Source: Mobula hypostoma
Lineage: Eukaryota
Assembly: GCF_963921235.1 (NCBI RefSeq)
Contig: NC_086097.1
Coordinates: 167,340,001-167,404,000 of the forward strand
DNA: 64,000 nt
Direction: 5' to 3'
Every line of letters starts with the position of its first letter. The first letter of the stretch is position 1. Below the pieces are notes generated by a model. The model was not told the DNA's origin. It saw only the letters and a program-made list of their open reading frames with translations, and did no database searches. The position numbers and the translations under genes are program-made. This document shows, piece after piece, positions 51,985-64,000 of this stretch.

Positions 51985-52490
51985 GATATGGCCCAGTCCA
52001 TTATGGTAAAGCCCTCTCCACCATTGAGCACATCTACATGAAACATTGCTGTCGGAAATCAGCATCCACCATCAGAGATCTCCACCACTCAGGCCTTGCT
52101 CTCTTCTCGCTGCTGCTATCAGGTAGAAGGTACAAAAGCCTCGTGTCTCGCACCACCAGGTTCAAGAACAGTTTCTAGCCCTGAACCACTAAGCTCTTGA
52201 ATAATAGGAAATAACTACACTCATTTGCCCCATCCATTGAGATGTTTCCACAACCAATGATCTCACTTTAGAACTTATTATCTCATGCTATCATTATTTA
52301 TTGATATTTATTAATACTTGCATTCACATAGCTTGTTGTCTTCTGCACTCAGTTTAATCTTTTATTGATTCTGTTATAGTTACTATTCTATAGATTTGCT
52401 GAGTATGCCCTCAGGGAAATGAATCTCGGGGTTGTATATGGTGACAGATATATGGACTTTGATAATAAATTTATTTTGAACTTTGTACTT
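51985..52490 (+). mobile_element. Rex1-like LINE 3' end
   Basis: MAQSIMVK and LFSLLLSGRRYKSL; (TTTGAAC)-type tail. Confidence 0.75.
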
Positions 52491-53494
52491 TAAAAGCATG
52501 CCCTCTTGTATTATTCATTTGGACCATGGGATATTTATGGTGGAGTTCTTCTTCTGTCTCAAACCAACCTTGTGTGGGAACCCTCTACGAGTTCCTCATC
52601 CGTTCGTAGATTTGTGTTGCCGTCAGTAGCACCTCTTACACACATTTAGACCAAAGAAAAAATTACTTCCAATAATGATCAAACTTCCTGATTCAGGCAA
52701 GAAAATATCTTGCAAAATTCTATCTCTTTAGTTTCCAGTCTGGAATACACATCTTCTAGTATTTAGCAAAGCTTAGTATGTCACAGTATTTGCAGCACCC
52801 TTTAATCTACATCAATTCTTAAGCCAAATTAAAGTACTTAGGGTAATAGATATACTGTATTCGAAGGTACAGAATAAGTGGGGAGGTGGAATGAAAGTTG
52901 AGTGAAATTCCTCTTTCAGCCAAAAACAGGGGATGCTTGTATTCTCTGTAATTAACTACTGCTGGCTGAACCTCAGAGGTTTGAAGTGTGGACTTTGGAG
53001 AAGGTGCTCCTGATAGTGGGTTGTCAATTACAGGGCAAACAATCAAATTCTTGATTTTCTTCAAAACAGCAGTATTTTCTCAGAGCAATTCCTGAAACAT
53101 AAAATAGGCAAGCATTTCTAATTTTGCAATTAACTACGGTTCTTTCACAGTCAATACCAGGCTCTGCAACTTCGTGGGTGTCAAGTAAAAGAATGAAAAC
53201 CCTGCAGTTATAGAGTTTCTCTCATACCTCTTTGAGGACATCCAGTCAGTGCTTTAAAGTGTGTTAATTGTTGTGATGCAGAAAGCACATCAGTGAATGT
53301 GGATGCGGTAAGCTCCCATAAGGGGAAATATCTGATCTGGTAAGCTGGAGAGAGTAGTGACTGAAGATGATGGAGTCTGGAATCAAAAGCAAACTGCTGA
53401 AGGAACTCAGCATGCATGCATTCCATTATAAGTTTGAGTCCTGATGCAGAGTCTCAGCCTGAAATTTTAACCAGAAGATTTGGCATAAATTTAG

Positions 53495-53710
53495 ACTTAC
53501 ACTCCAGTGCAGTACTGTGAGCAAGTCGCACTGTTGCAGCTACCATCGTCCAGATGAGATATTAAACCAAACTCTCCTAACCAGATCCCATGGCATCACT
53601 TAAAAGTAAAAAGTTGTCTTTAGTGGTCTGTCCAATACTTATAAACTAAATTTACAAAAGCTGGTAATCAGTTTGTGTTATTGTCTTTTCTATGAAATTT
53701 GGCCACTGCA
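53495..53710 (+). mobile_element. Ancient DeuSINE-like (SacSINE1/AmnSINE1-type) fragment
   Basis: ACTCCAGTGCAGTACTG..CAGATGAGATATTAAACC..GATCCCATGGCA..CCAATACTTAT resembles the recalled Deu-family consensus. Confidence 0.55.
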
Positions 53711-54244
53711 GTCCCAGGTTACAACAGGGCACCCAGTCCTGACCATTTGTCATCAGTGGTCAATGAACAGAAATAATGTGTGGAAGAGGATCACAGAAAA
53801 GGCTGTAATGGGAGAGTGAGTGGGTGCAGGCAGAGTGGCCACCAGCCAGCTTACTGACTCAGGTCGTGAGTCTGCTCAGAGCTCCCAGCTCAGTTCGGCT
53901 CAACCCAACCCCAATTTTTGCAGCTTGGAGAAGGGTTGGGGTGTGGAGAGTAGCCACACAGAAATACCCAATTCCAACCCAGATGCTAGCCTTGACTGCT
54001 CTTTTCCATTTACAGCTGAGTTTCTCCAGCATTCTGTGCTTGTTGATTCAGACTTCCAGCATCTGCATTCTCCAAGTCAAGTACTTCTGCCCTATCTATA
54101 GATTACTCACCTCTTCCCAAATTTGTTCTTATTAGTCACCTCAGACCCCACAAAGCTGGAGTGGAGGCAAGTAATCCAAGATCCCAAGAGACTGCCTAGG
54201 AAGAAGAAGAAATAATCCACTTGCAGGGCCTGTATCCAGAGGAT

Positions 54245-54995
54245 TAATCAGAATCAGGTTTATTATCACCGGCACGTGACGTGAAATTTGTTAACTTAGC
54301 AGCAGCGGTTCAATGCAATACATAATCTAGCAGAAAGTGAGAGAAATAATAATAATAATAAATAAAATAAAACATAATAAACAAGTAAATCAATTATGTA
54401 TATTGAATAGATTATTTAAAAAATGTGCAAAAACAGAAATACTGTATATTAAAAAAAGTAAGGTAGTGTCCAAAGCTCAAAAGTCCATTTAGGAATTGGA
54501 TGGCAGAGGGGAAGAAGCTGTTCCTGAATCACTGAGTGTGTGCCTTCAGGCTTCTGTATCTCCTACCTGATGGTAACAGTGAGAAAAGGGCATGCCCTGG
54601 GTGCTGGAGGTCTTTAATAATGGATGCTGCCTTTCTGAGACGCAGCTTCCTGAAGATGTCCTGGATACATTGTAGGCTAGTACCCAAGATGGAGCTGACA
54701 AGATTTACAACCTTCTGCAGCTTCTTTCGGTCCTGTGCAGTAGCCCTTCCATACCAGACAGTGATGCAGCCTGTCAGAATGCTCTCCACAGTGCAACTAT
54801 AGAAGTTTTTGAGCGTATTTGTTGGCATGCCAAATCGCTTCAAAGTATAACCACTGTCTTGCCTTCTTTATGACTACATCAATATGCTGGGACAAGGTTA
54901 GAACCTCAGAGATCGTGACACCCAGGAACTTGAAGCTGCTCACTCTCCCTACTTCTGATCCCTCTATGAGGATTGGTACGTGTTTCTTCCTCTCA
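54245..54995 (-). mobile_element. Rex1-like LINE 3' end, same subfamily as 37692-38252
   Basis: ORF 54529-54843 CTVESILTGCITVWYG..LLPSGRRYRSLKAHTQ; AATCAG tail repeats at 54246. Confidence 0.88.
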
Positions 54996-55114
54996 CCCTA
55001 TTAGACTATAAATTGGAAGAAAACATATTCAAATCCCATACAGTGGAGATGCAAGGCAGATCGGAAATAACGTCTCCTCCTCAATGACAATCATCATTTC
55101 AAGGATGTGTGGTT

Positions 55115-56035
55115 AACCTTCTGTTCTACTATCTCTACGCCCACGACTGTGTGGCTAAGCACAGCTCAAATGCCATCTGCCTATATCTTTGCCAATGACA
55201 CATTTAGAGTTTCAGATGGTGACAAGGAGGCAAAAGGATAGATCAGCTGATTGAATGATATCAAAACAGCAACCTTGCAGTCAGTAAGACCAAAGAATTG
55301 ATTGATTGTGGATTTCAGGAAGGAGAAGTCGAGGAACACGCATCAGTCCTCACTGAGGGATCAGCAGTTGAAAAGGTGAGCAGTTTCAAGTTCCTGGGTG
55401 ACAATATCTCTGAAGATCTATCCTGGGCCCAACATATTGATGCAATTACAAAGAAAGCACAACAGTTATATTTCATTAGGAACTTGGGGAGACTTGGTAT
55501 GTCACCAAAGACTCCAGTAAATCTCTACAGATGTACAGTGGAGAGCATTCGAAGTGGTTGCATCACTCTCTGGTATGGAGGAGCCACTGCACAGGATCAG
55601 AAAAAACTGCAAAAAGCTGCAAACTCAACCAGCTCCATTATGGGCACTAGATACCTCAGCATCGAGGACATGTTCAAAAGGCGATGACTCAAAAGGTCAG
55701 CATCCATCATTAAGGACCCATGTCACCCAAGACACACCCTCTTCTCATTGCTACCATCAAGGAGTAAGTACAGGACCCTGAAGACACATACTCAAAGATT
55801 TAGAACATCCTTCCACACTGCCATCAGACTTCTGAATAAACCCATGTAAACTCCCTCACTAGTTACTGTCTTCTCTTGCTCTCCTTTTGCACTAGTTATT
55901 TAATTATACATGTGTCTATATCTTATAGTAATTCATAGTTTATTTCATTATGTATTACAATGTACTGCTGCTGCAAAACAACATATTTCACGATAGATAA
56001 TATGCCAGTGATATTAAACCTGATTCTGATTCTGA
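55115..56035 (+). mobile_element. Rex1-like LINE RT end
   Basis: ORF 55298-55687 FKFLGDNISEDLSW..CTVESIRSGCITLWYG; (CTGATT)n tail. Confidence 0.85.
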
Positions 56036-58641
56036 ATTTCAATTCAATCAGTTAAATGAATCTGGAATTAAAAAGTCATAAAGTATAGATAAAGCACAGT
56101 TGAGATAATAAATCAGTCATGATGGAATGGCAGAGCAGACTTGATTGGCCAAACAACTTAATTTTGCTCCTATGTCATATGTATTACAACCTTAAAACTA
56201 TCAGATTGTCATAAATTCCCATCTGTCTCACTGACTTTTTCAAGAAAGGAAATCTAACCGTGACAGACCCAACAACGTGATTGACTCTTAACAGCCTCCT
56301 CATTAGAGGCAATACATTCCGATTTATTTATTTAGTGAGGAGTTGGCCCTTTGAGCCACACTGCCCCAGTAACCTCACAACCCCGATTAACCCTATCCTA
56401 ATCACAGGGCAACTTCCAACGACCAATCCAGTACATCTTTGGACTGCGGGTCACCCGGGAGAAACTCGTGTCTTCCACAGGGAACGCATGCAGAGACTCC
56501 TTACAGACGGTGCTGGAATTGAACTCCGAATTCTGGAACATCCCAATCAGTAATAGCGTCGCGCTATTACATTATCATAGATGCTGTTGCCATCGACACC
56601 CTCAGGAGCAAGCAAAATAACTTATTCTTCACTTCTGATATCAGTCCTGTCATCAGTAAAATGAGAAGATTTCTCAGGCTGGACACAAAGCACTGCCAAT
56701 AGACTATGCACAGAGCAAGGGAGGACCACTGAATTGTAATGGAACGGCCCTGAATTTGTGTGATGTCGTGCATCAAGCTAAGTGCTTTAAAAAAGAGAGA
56801 TGTAATTACATCTCATTTTATGCATAATTAATGATCCAACAACAAATTATATCCCACATTTTTTTCTCCACATGCAGTGTGATCCAGGAGCCCTAAAGAA
56901 AATCTAGGAGAACCTCGAGAGCAGTTTCAAGTGCTGCGCTTGGGGCTTGAGCTTTACGTGGGCTCTGGATAGATAGGTGATTCCCAGAGACTTCAGAGAG
57001 AATGGCAACTCCAAGGGAATTGAGGTGGGAAAACAGTTAGAGCATGCAAGCATCTTTGAATTTCACTTATCATGGGGGGAGGTGACTTGGTGACACTGTG
57101 AGTGAGTGACAGCTTTGAATAAGTTTTAAGAACACTCTGAAATGGATATCAGGTTCGGAGAGCACTTGGGTTGAGTGGTTGGATCTGGCAGCTGTCAGAA
57201 ATACTAATGGGAAGGAGAAGTATTTGTAGTAAAGTGGTCTGGCAGTGAGAGAGCATTGTCTACTTACGGCGTGAAACACTGGCAAGACTATTGAAACTCC
57301 CAACAAGTCAGTTCCAAGCCTGCTTTGAGTACCAGTCACCATGAAAACGGCAACTATGAGTAACCACAACTCAGACTTAGTTGTTGCTTCACACCAATAT
57401 GCCTGTCAGCTAGAGTTACAGTATATACCGTAGATTGTATAAAAGTGTGAAAGAATTTTTATTCAAGTTCTCCATAAGTTTCACTCAAACCTTCACTTTC
57501 ATTCTCCGTAGTATAACCATCCGTTCCTTTCAGATACATGTAATGAAAGAATTTCTGGACAGAATGGAAATTATTGGGGTAATTTCACTGACGATTAAGC
57601 CTGCGAACAACATAGCTCTAAGTGCCCATGACTAATTTTGTGTACATAATTTGCATGCAACTTTCCTCCACTCTGGACTTTATTCAGCACAATGTCCCTG
57701 TCAAAAACACTGACTTCATTGAAAGTCCATTTTTCTATGTCCTGTTCCCCAGTCTGGATGACAGAGATGGTATAGTGATGTAGAAGTCAGCGTTGCTGCC
57801 TCACCAATCCAGAGAGCAGGGATTTGCCCTGACCTTGTATGATGTCTACAGGGATTATAGAACATTGAACAACACAGCACAGGAACAGGCTCTACTGCCA
57901 TAGATGATGGGTCAAACTAACTAAGCCACTTCCCTCTGCCTGCAAAATGTCCTTATCCCTCCATTCTCTGCATATTTATATGCCTATCTAAAAGCCTCAA
58001 TTCCCTCTGTTATATTTGCCTCCACCACCATTAGTGGCAGGACATTCCAGGCACCAGCTGATCTCAGTTTAAAAAAACTTGCCCCACACATCTCCTTTGG
58101 AGTTATTCCTCCTCACCTTAAATGCATACCCCTAGTATTAGATACTTTGACCCTGGGAACATCTTGACTCCCACCTTGAAATTGCCAAGTTTCCACATTC
58201 TCCCTGTGACTTCATGGACTACCTCCCACCCCTGAACCCCAGCACTCTCCCAGTGCCTTATCTTTTTAAGAACAGTCATGCCCTACATGAATATGTTGGA
58301 AACCTTAGAGCTTGATGCCCTCTGCCTAGTTCTTGAAATGGAAGTAGCCCTGTCAGGTAATCTAAGGCAGTTGGGTAGTGCCCTTCTGAAGGCCTATTAT
58401 CTGGGAGGGCCATGAATGGAGATGTGAGAGAGGGGCAGCAGCAGTCTAGCCGCATCAGCCAAGTCAACACCAGCAATCAAAGGGTAAAGAGATATTGCAG
58501 CCTGATGACACTCGCAGTTTCCTCTCACATCCCAAAGGTATGAATTTTGGGATGCTGCCTGGATTAGAGGGCATGTGTCAGAATGAGAGGTTTGTCAGAC
58601 CTGGGTTGTGTTCTCTGGAGCACCAGAGGCTGAGGGGATTC

Positions 58642-59320
58642 ATTTAGATTGGTTTATGAGAACAGTCAGTCCTCTTTTATTGTCATTTAGAAATGCATAC
58701 ATGCATTAAGAAATGATACAATGTTTCTCCCGAGTGATATCACAGAAAACAGGACAAACCAAAGACTAACACTGACAGAACCACATAATTATAACATATA
58801 GTTTCAGCAGTGCAAAGCAATATCATAATTTGATAAGGAACAGACCATGGGCACAGTAAAAAAGAGTCTCAAAGTCCCGAGTCTCCGATAGCTGGTGGCA
58901 AAAGGGAGAAACTCCCTGCCATAAACCTCCAGGTACCATCAATTTGCCGATACCTTGGAAGCAGCCGACCCCAGTCGACATTGAGCCCATCCATCCGAAA
59001 ACTCCGAGCTTCCAACCAGCCCTTCCGATGCAGCCTCCCGAGCGCCACCCTCTGCTGAGCGCCTTCGACCTCTCCCCGGCCGCTGAAACACGCAAAGCCA
59101 AGGATTTCGGGGCCTTCAGCTCCAGAGATTCCGGTTACCACACAGTAGCAGTGGCAGCGAAGCAGGAATTTCAGAAGTTTTCCAGATGTTCCGCTGTGCT
59201 CTCACGTCTGTCTCCATCAAATCAGAATTGTGCACGGTCCCCTACTTGACAAATAACAGACATCATCACCGAAGTGGCTGCGTGCGCTGCTGTTGCTCCG
59301 CCATCTTCTCGCCCCTCCCG
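58642..59320 (-). mobile_element. CpG-rich non-coding retroposon inserted in a CR1 3' fragment (58535-59645)
   Basis: Minus strand starts GGGAGGGGCGAGAAGATGGCGG and ends GACAATAAAAG..AATCTAAAT; GGATTC on both flanks; CR1 resumes after it. Confidence 0.65.
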
Positions 59321-60292
59321 GGAGGATTCTGATAGAGGGTTTTAAGATTATGAGAAGCATAGATAAAGTAGACAGACAGTATCTTCTTCCCAGGGTTGAA
59401 ATGTCTAATACCACAGGGAATACATTTGAAGTGAGATAGGGCAAGTTCTAAGGAAATAAGAGGGGCAAGTTTTTTTACACAGAGAGTGCCTGGAATGCAC
59501 TGCTTGGGGGCATGGTAGAGGCAGGGACTTCTAAGAGGGGTTTAGATAGGCACATGAATGTGAGAAAAATGGAAGGATGTGGACATTGTGTAGGCAGAAG
59601 AGATTAGTTCTGTTGGCCATTTCCTGTGCTCTACAGTTCTATGCTCCATATGCTGGTCGATTAACTGGCTACTAATTGTGGTCCATGTGGATACCAATGA
59701 TGTAGGAAGAACAAGGAAAGAGGTTATACTGAGGGAATTTGAACAGCTAAGGGCTAAAAGAACCATAAAGGTAACAAATCTCTGGACTATTAACTGAGCA
59801 ATGTGCAAATTGGCACACCATTAATAATATCAGCGAATTAAATGCATGGTTCAAAGTTTGGTGTGGGAGAAGTGGGTTTGAATTCTTGGGACATAGGTAC
59901 CAGCGCTGACGAAGGAAGAAGCTGTTCTGATGGGATGGGCTCCATATGAACCATGTTGGGATCAGGGTCCTGGTGAATCACATAGCCAGAGCTAGGTACA
60001 AGGCTTTAAAATAAATATTGGGGAGAGGGGAGTCAACAACTTGGAAAATATGGATAAAGTAAAAGGGAAGGCGAATGCACAACAGTTTAATAACATCTTC
60101 AGAATAATAAGATAAAAAGCTTAGAAAGAGATAAGAATTTAACTTTAGGCAGCATGAAATAGGGTGATGAATACAGGACTGAAGTTGTTATATTTGAAAG
60201 CACACAATGAAGATTTGATGTTGTGCAATGAATTAGATTAAATTAGGAAGCTTAAGATAAAGGAAGTCTTAGGAGACAGTGATTATAATATT

Positions 60293-61210
60293 CTGGAGGA
60301 ATTTAGTAGGCCAGGCAGCATCTATGGAAGGGAATAAAGAGATGACATTTCACACCAACACCCTCTAACGATACTGGAAAGAAAGGGGAAAGGGGAAAGA
60401 AGCCAGAATAAGAAGGTGGGAGGGTGGGGGAGAATAAATACAAGCTAGAAGGTGATAGGTGAAGCCAGGTGGTGAGGGAGGGAGATGTAGTGAGAAGCTG
60501 GAAGGTGATAGGTGGAAAAGGTAAAGGTCTGACAGAAGGAATCTGATAGGATAGGAGAGTGGGCTATTAGAGAAACAGAAAGCGGAGGATCAGCAAGGGG
60601 AGCTGATAGGCAGGTGAAAAGAGAAAAGGTAAAAGTCAAGCCGGAGTGTAAAATGGAAGACAGAAGGGGGAGGGGGAGAAATTACCGGAAGTTAGAGAAA
60701 TTGATGTACATGCCATCAGGTTGGAGGCTACCCAGACAGAATATGAGGTGTTGTTCCTCCAACCTGAGAGTCACCTCATTATGGCTAGAGGAGGCCATCG
60801 CTCCTTCCCCTTGCCTCTCCCACTCTGGCTCCTCTCTTACCTCTTCTCTTCTCACCTGCCTGTCATGTCCCTGTGGGGGCCCTCTGCCTTCCCCTTCTCC
60901 AGGGATTCACTCTCTTTTCCTGTCAGATTTCTTCTTCTTCAGCCCTTTACCTTTTCCGCCTGTCACCTCTCAGCTTCTCATTTCATCCCCCTACCTGGCA
61001 TCGCCTATCATCCTCTAGCTTGTGCTACTTTCCCTCCCCGCCTTCATTTTCTGGCTTCTTCTCCCTTCCTTTCTAGTCCTGACGAAGGGTAGCAGTCCAA
61101 AGCAACAAGTGTTTATTCCTTCCCATGGATGCTGTCTGACCTGCTGAGTTCCTCTGGCAAATTGTATGTGTTACTCTGGATTTTCAGCTTCTGCATAAAC
61201 TCTTGTGTTA
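60293..61210. mobile_element. Second Penelope-like inverted-repeat insertion
   Basis: Purine-rich left arm and pyrimidine-rich right arm of the same family as 28141-29662; CTGACGAAGGG at 61079. Confidence 0.75.
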
Positions 61211-61354
61211 GTGATAAAATTCACCCTGCAGTTTGAGAGGTAAGCAGACAAATTTCAAGGTGCGTAATTTATACATTCTTTGATAATACATGTGCTTTGA
61301 ATTTTGAAGCTTTGAATGTTTGAGGGGGAGGAGCTAAAATCAGATATTGGTATC

Positions 61355-62798
61355 TTTTCTTTCTTTTTAAATCTTTTTATTGAATAAGTATACAAAAAGG
61401 TAAGCCATAAAGGCACTAATACATTGTTAGAATATAATAAAATTACAGGAGATATTAATACAAAAAAAATGATACAAACAATGTAATTTAAACATAACAT
61501 ACTAAGGTAACATAATAGTATACTAATTTTATATATATATACCAATAGAGAAAAAGAAAAAAAAAACCAAAAAAAAACCCACCGTGCAACTAAACTAAAA
61601 AGCAAAGCAATGCAATGGGCTAACTTGGAACCAAGCAGAGTTAAAAAAGTTAAAATCACGTCCTCAATCCCGACCTCCATTAAAAACAGTAAAAAAAACA
61701 AGAAGGGTATATAAATATGGAGCAAAAAAAGAGGAAAAAAATAACTCTTTCTAATGTTGTAAGATACATCTTTTCGCCATTAAAGTAAGAAATGCAATCA
61801 TTCTACGGGCTGAAGGAGAAAGATTACTGGAAATTTTAGGTAGTCCAAAGATAGCAGTAATAGGGTGAGGAGAGATATCTATATTCAGTACCTTGGAGAT
61901 AATATTAAAAATGTCTCTCCAAAAAGTTTCCAGAGTAGGACAAGACCAGAACATATGAGTTAAAGAGGCTATCTGCCCTAGACATCTATCACAAAAAGGA
62001 TTAATATGAGAATAAAAGCGAGCTAATTTATCTTCGGACATATGTGCTCTATGAACAACTTTAAATTGAATTAGGGAATGTTTAGCACAAATAGAGGAAG
62101 TATTGACTAATTGTAAAATCTGCCCCCAGTCATCCACGGAAATGATAGACCCCAATTCCTGTTCCCAATCTACCCTAATCTTATCAAATGGAGCTTTCCT
62201 AAGTTTCATAATAATATTATAAATCATAGCCGATGCACCTTTCTGACATGGATTAAGGTTAATTATAGTATCTAAAATGTATGTAGGAGGAAGCATTGGA
62301 AAAGAAGGAAGTATAGTACTTAGGAAATTTCTAACTTGTAGATATCTAAAAAAATGTATTCTTGATAAATTATATTTATTAGATAATTGTTCAAAAGACA
62401 TAAGGGAACCATCTAAAAATAAATCCAAAAACCGTGAAATACCCTTAATCTTCCAAATTTGAAAAGCACGATCCGTAAAAGAGGGAGGAAAAAATATGTT
62501 ACCTAAACTAGGAATCGCTAGCCCAAATTGGTTAAGATCAAAAAATTTTCTGAATTGAAACCAAATACGTAAGGTATATTTAACTATCGGGTTAGATACC
62601 TGTTTGAGGCGTTTCAAATCAAAAGGAAGAGAGGAACCTAAAATAGATCCAAGTGTATAGCCCTGAACAGATTGTAATTCCAATGCTACCCATTTAGGGA
62701 TGGATAGTATATCCTGGTCAAGTAAGCAAAATTTCATACGTCGAATATTAATTGCCCAATAATAAAATCTAAAGTTGGGTAATGCTAAACCTCCATCG
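61355..62798 (-). mobile_element. 5'-truncated L1/Tx1-clade LINE with 13-bp TSD
   Basis: ORF 61751-62737 with CDRC..SLTHMFWSCP knuckle, preceded by GGLALPNFRFYYWA; AATAAA and A-rich tail; AGATATTGGTATC at 61342-61354 and 62799-62811. Confidence 0.92.
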
Positions 62799-64000
62799 AG
62801 ATATTGGTATCACAGTTGAGCAAACAGGCATGAGAGAGGAGCTGGCCAAAGCTAATTATAAAAGGACACTAGTGAGGATTGTGCTAGCTTTTTAAAGATT
62901 AAAAATTAGCTTTATTAGCCACATGTACATCAAAACATGCAGTGAAGTACATTGTTTGCATCAAATCAAATCAATGGGGATTGCGCTGGGCAGCCTGCAA
63001 GTGTCACTACACATCCAGTGCCAACATAACATGTCCACATCTCAATAACCCTAACCATACAACTAGGAATGTGGGAAGAGCAAAGGCTGGAGTTTCTTGG
63101 AGTAATTTTGAACATGCAAGATTGGTTCATCCCAAAGAAGATGAAACCTTTAAAGGAACAATTAGGTAACAAGGAAAGTCAAGAATCAAAAGAGAGGGCA
63201 TACAATATAGCAAAAGTTAGTGAGAACTTAGAGGTTTGAGAAGCTTTTAAAAACCAATGGAAGGCAACATAAAGCCAGAAGAGAAAAGACAAAATACGAA
63301 GATAACCAGCCAATTATATAAAAGAAGAAACCTTTTTTTTTCAGATATATGAAGAGGAAAAGAGAAGTGAGAGTGGATATCGGACCACTGGAAAATGACA
63401 CTGGAGAAGTAGTAATGGGGAACAAAGAAATGAATACAGTATGTATTTTGCATCAATTTTCATCGTGTAAGATACCAGCAACATGCCAAAAATTCAAGAG
63501 AGTCAGTTTGTAGAACAGAGAGTAGTGACTACTGCTAAGGAGAAGGTGCCTGGGGAGCTGAAAGGTCTGAAGGTAGATCAGTTATGTGGACCAGATGAAA
63601 TACACCCCAGGATTCTGAAGGGGCTAGCTAAAGGTATTGTGGAGACATTAGTAGTGATCTTCCAAGAATCACTAGATTCTGGAATAGTTCCGGATGACTG
63701 GAAAATTTCAAATTTCACTCCTCTGTTTAAAAAAAAAGGAGGCAAAAGGCAGGAAAATGGACGCCAGTTAGCTTGACTTCAGTGTTTGGTAAGATGTCAA
63801 AGTCTAGTATTAATGATGAGGCACTGGTGTACTTTGAGGCACATTATATAATAAGCCAAAGCCACCATGACTTTCTTAAGGAAATCCTGACAAATCTGTT
63901 GGAAATATTTCAGGAAGTAATGCAGTACAGACAAAAGAGAGTCAGTGGATGTTGTTTACTTAGATTATCAGAAGGCCTTTGAGAAGGTGCTGCACACGAG

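Larger units (their letters stand above)
59665..64000 (+). mobile_element. Old CR1 (ORF1 esterase end into RT) interrupted by three insertions; runs off the window
   Basis: IVVHVDTNDVG (59675), GLKLLYLKAH (60175), LGDSDYN (60270), FTLQFE (61220), GPDEIHPRILK..WKISNFTPLFKK (63483-63776). Confidence 0.75.

Noticed and set aside
57268..57554. Minus-strand exon-like interval with good acceptor and GTAAGT donor; ORF 57070-57369 looks signal-peptide-like
   Set aside because: All three frames from the acceptor hit stops, the ORF has a non-ATG start, and no homology is recognisable. A non-coding or terminal exon cannot be excluded.
61255..61725. 156-aa hydrophobic ORF resembling a membrane protein
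   Set aside because: Translation of the T-rich L1/Tx1 3' UTR, crossing the poly-A and TSD.

Overview
Eukaryotic, repeat-saturated intergenic or intronic DNA. The repeat set (CR1 LINEs with (TTTCTATG)n-type tails, Rex1/Babar fragments, V-SINEs, a DeuSINE, Penelope-derived hairpin repeats) points to a cartilaginous fish, probably a ray (inference). No host protein-coding exon could be supported. Main elements: a near full-length CR1 on the minus strand (10361-14540) with an intact zinc-finger/SGNH-esterase ORF1 and an APE-RT ORF2 broken by a nonsense codon; many truncated CR1 and Rex1 copies; four Ty3/Gypsy relics; a decayed retroviral env with an LTR-like tail (17320-18682); a Tc1 with long TIRs; Penelope-like inverted repeats with hammerhead-like cores; and a 5'-truncated L1/Tx1 with a 13-bp TSD. 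Best leads: (1) a U_UUA_AAC slippery heptamer at the CR1 ORF1 stop whose -1 frame is exactly ORF2, echoed in a second CR1 family in the window; (2) the env relic, which the ORF track mostly misses. Boundaries of decayed repeats were read by eye and are approximate.
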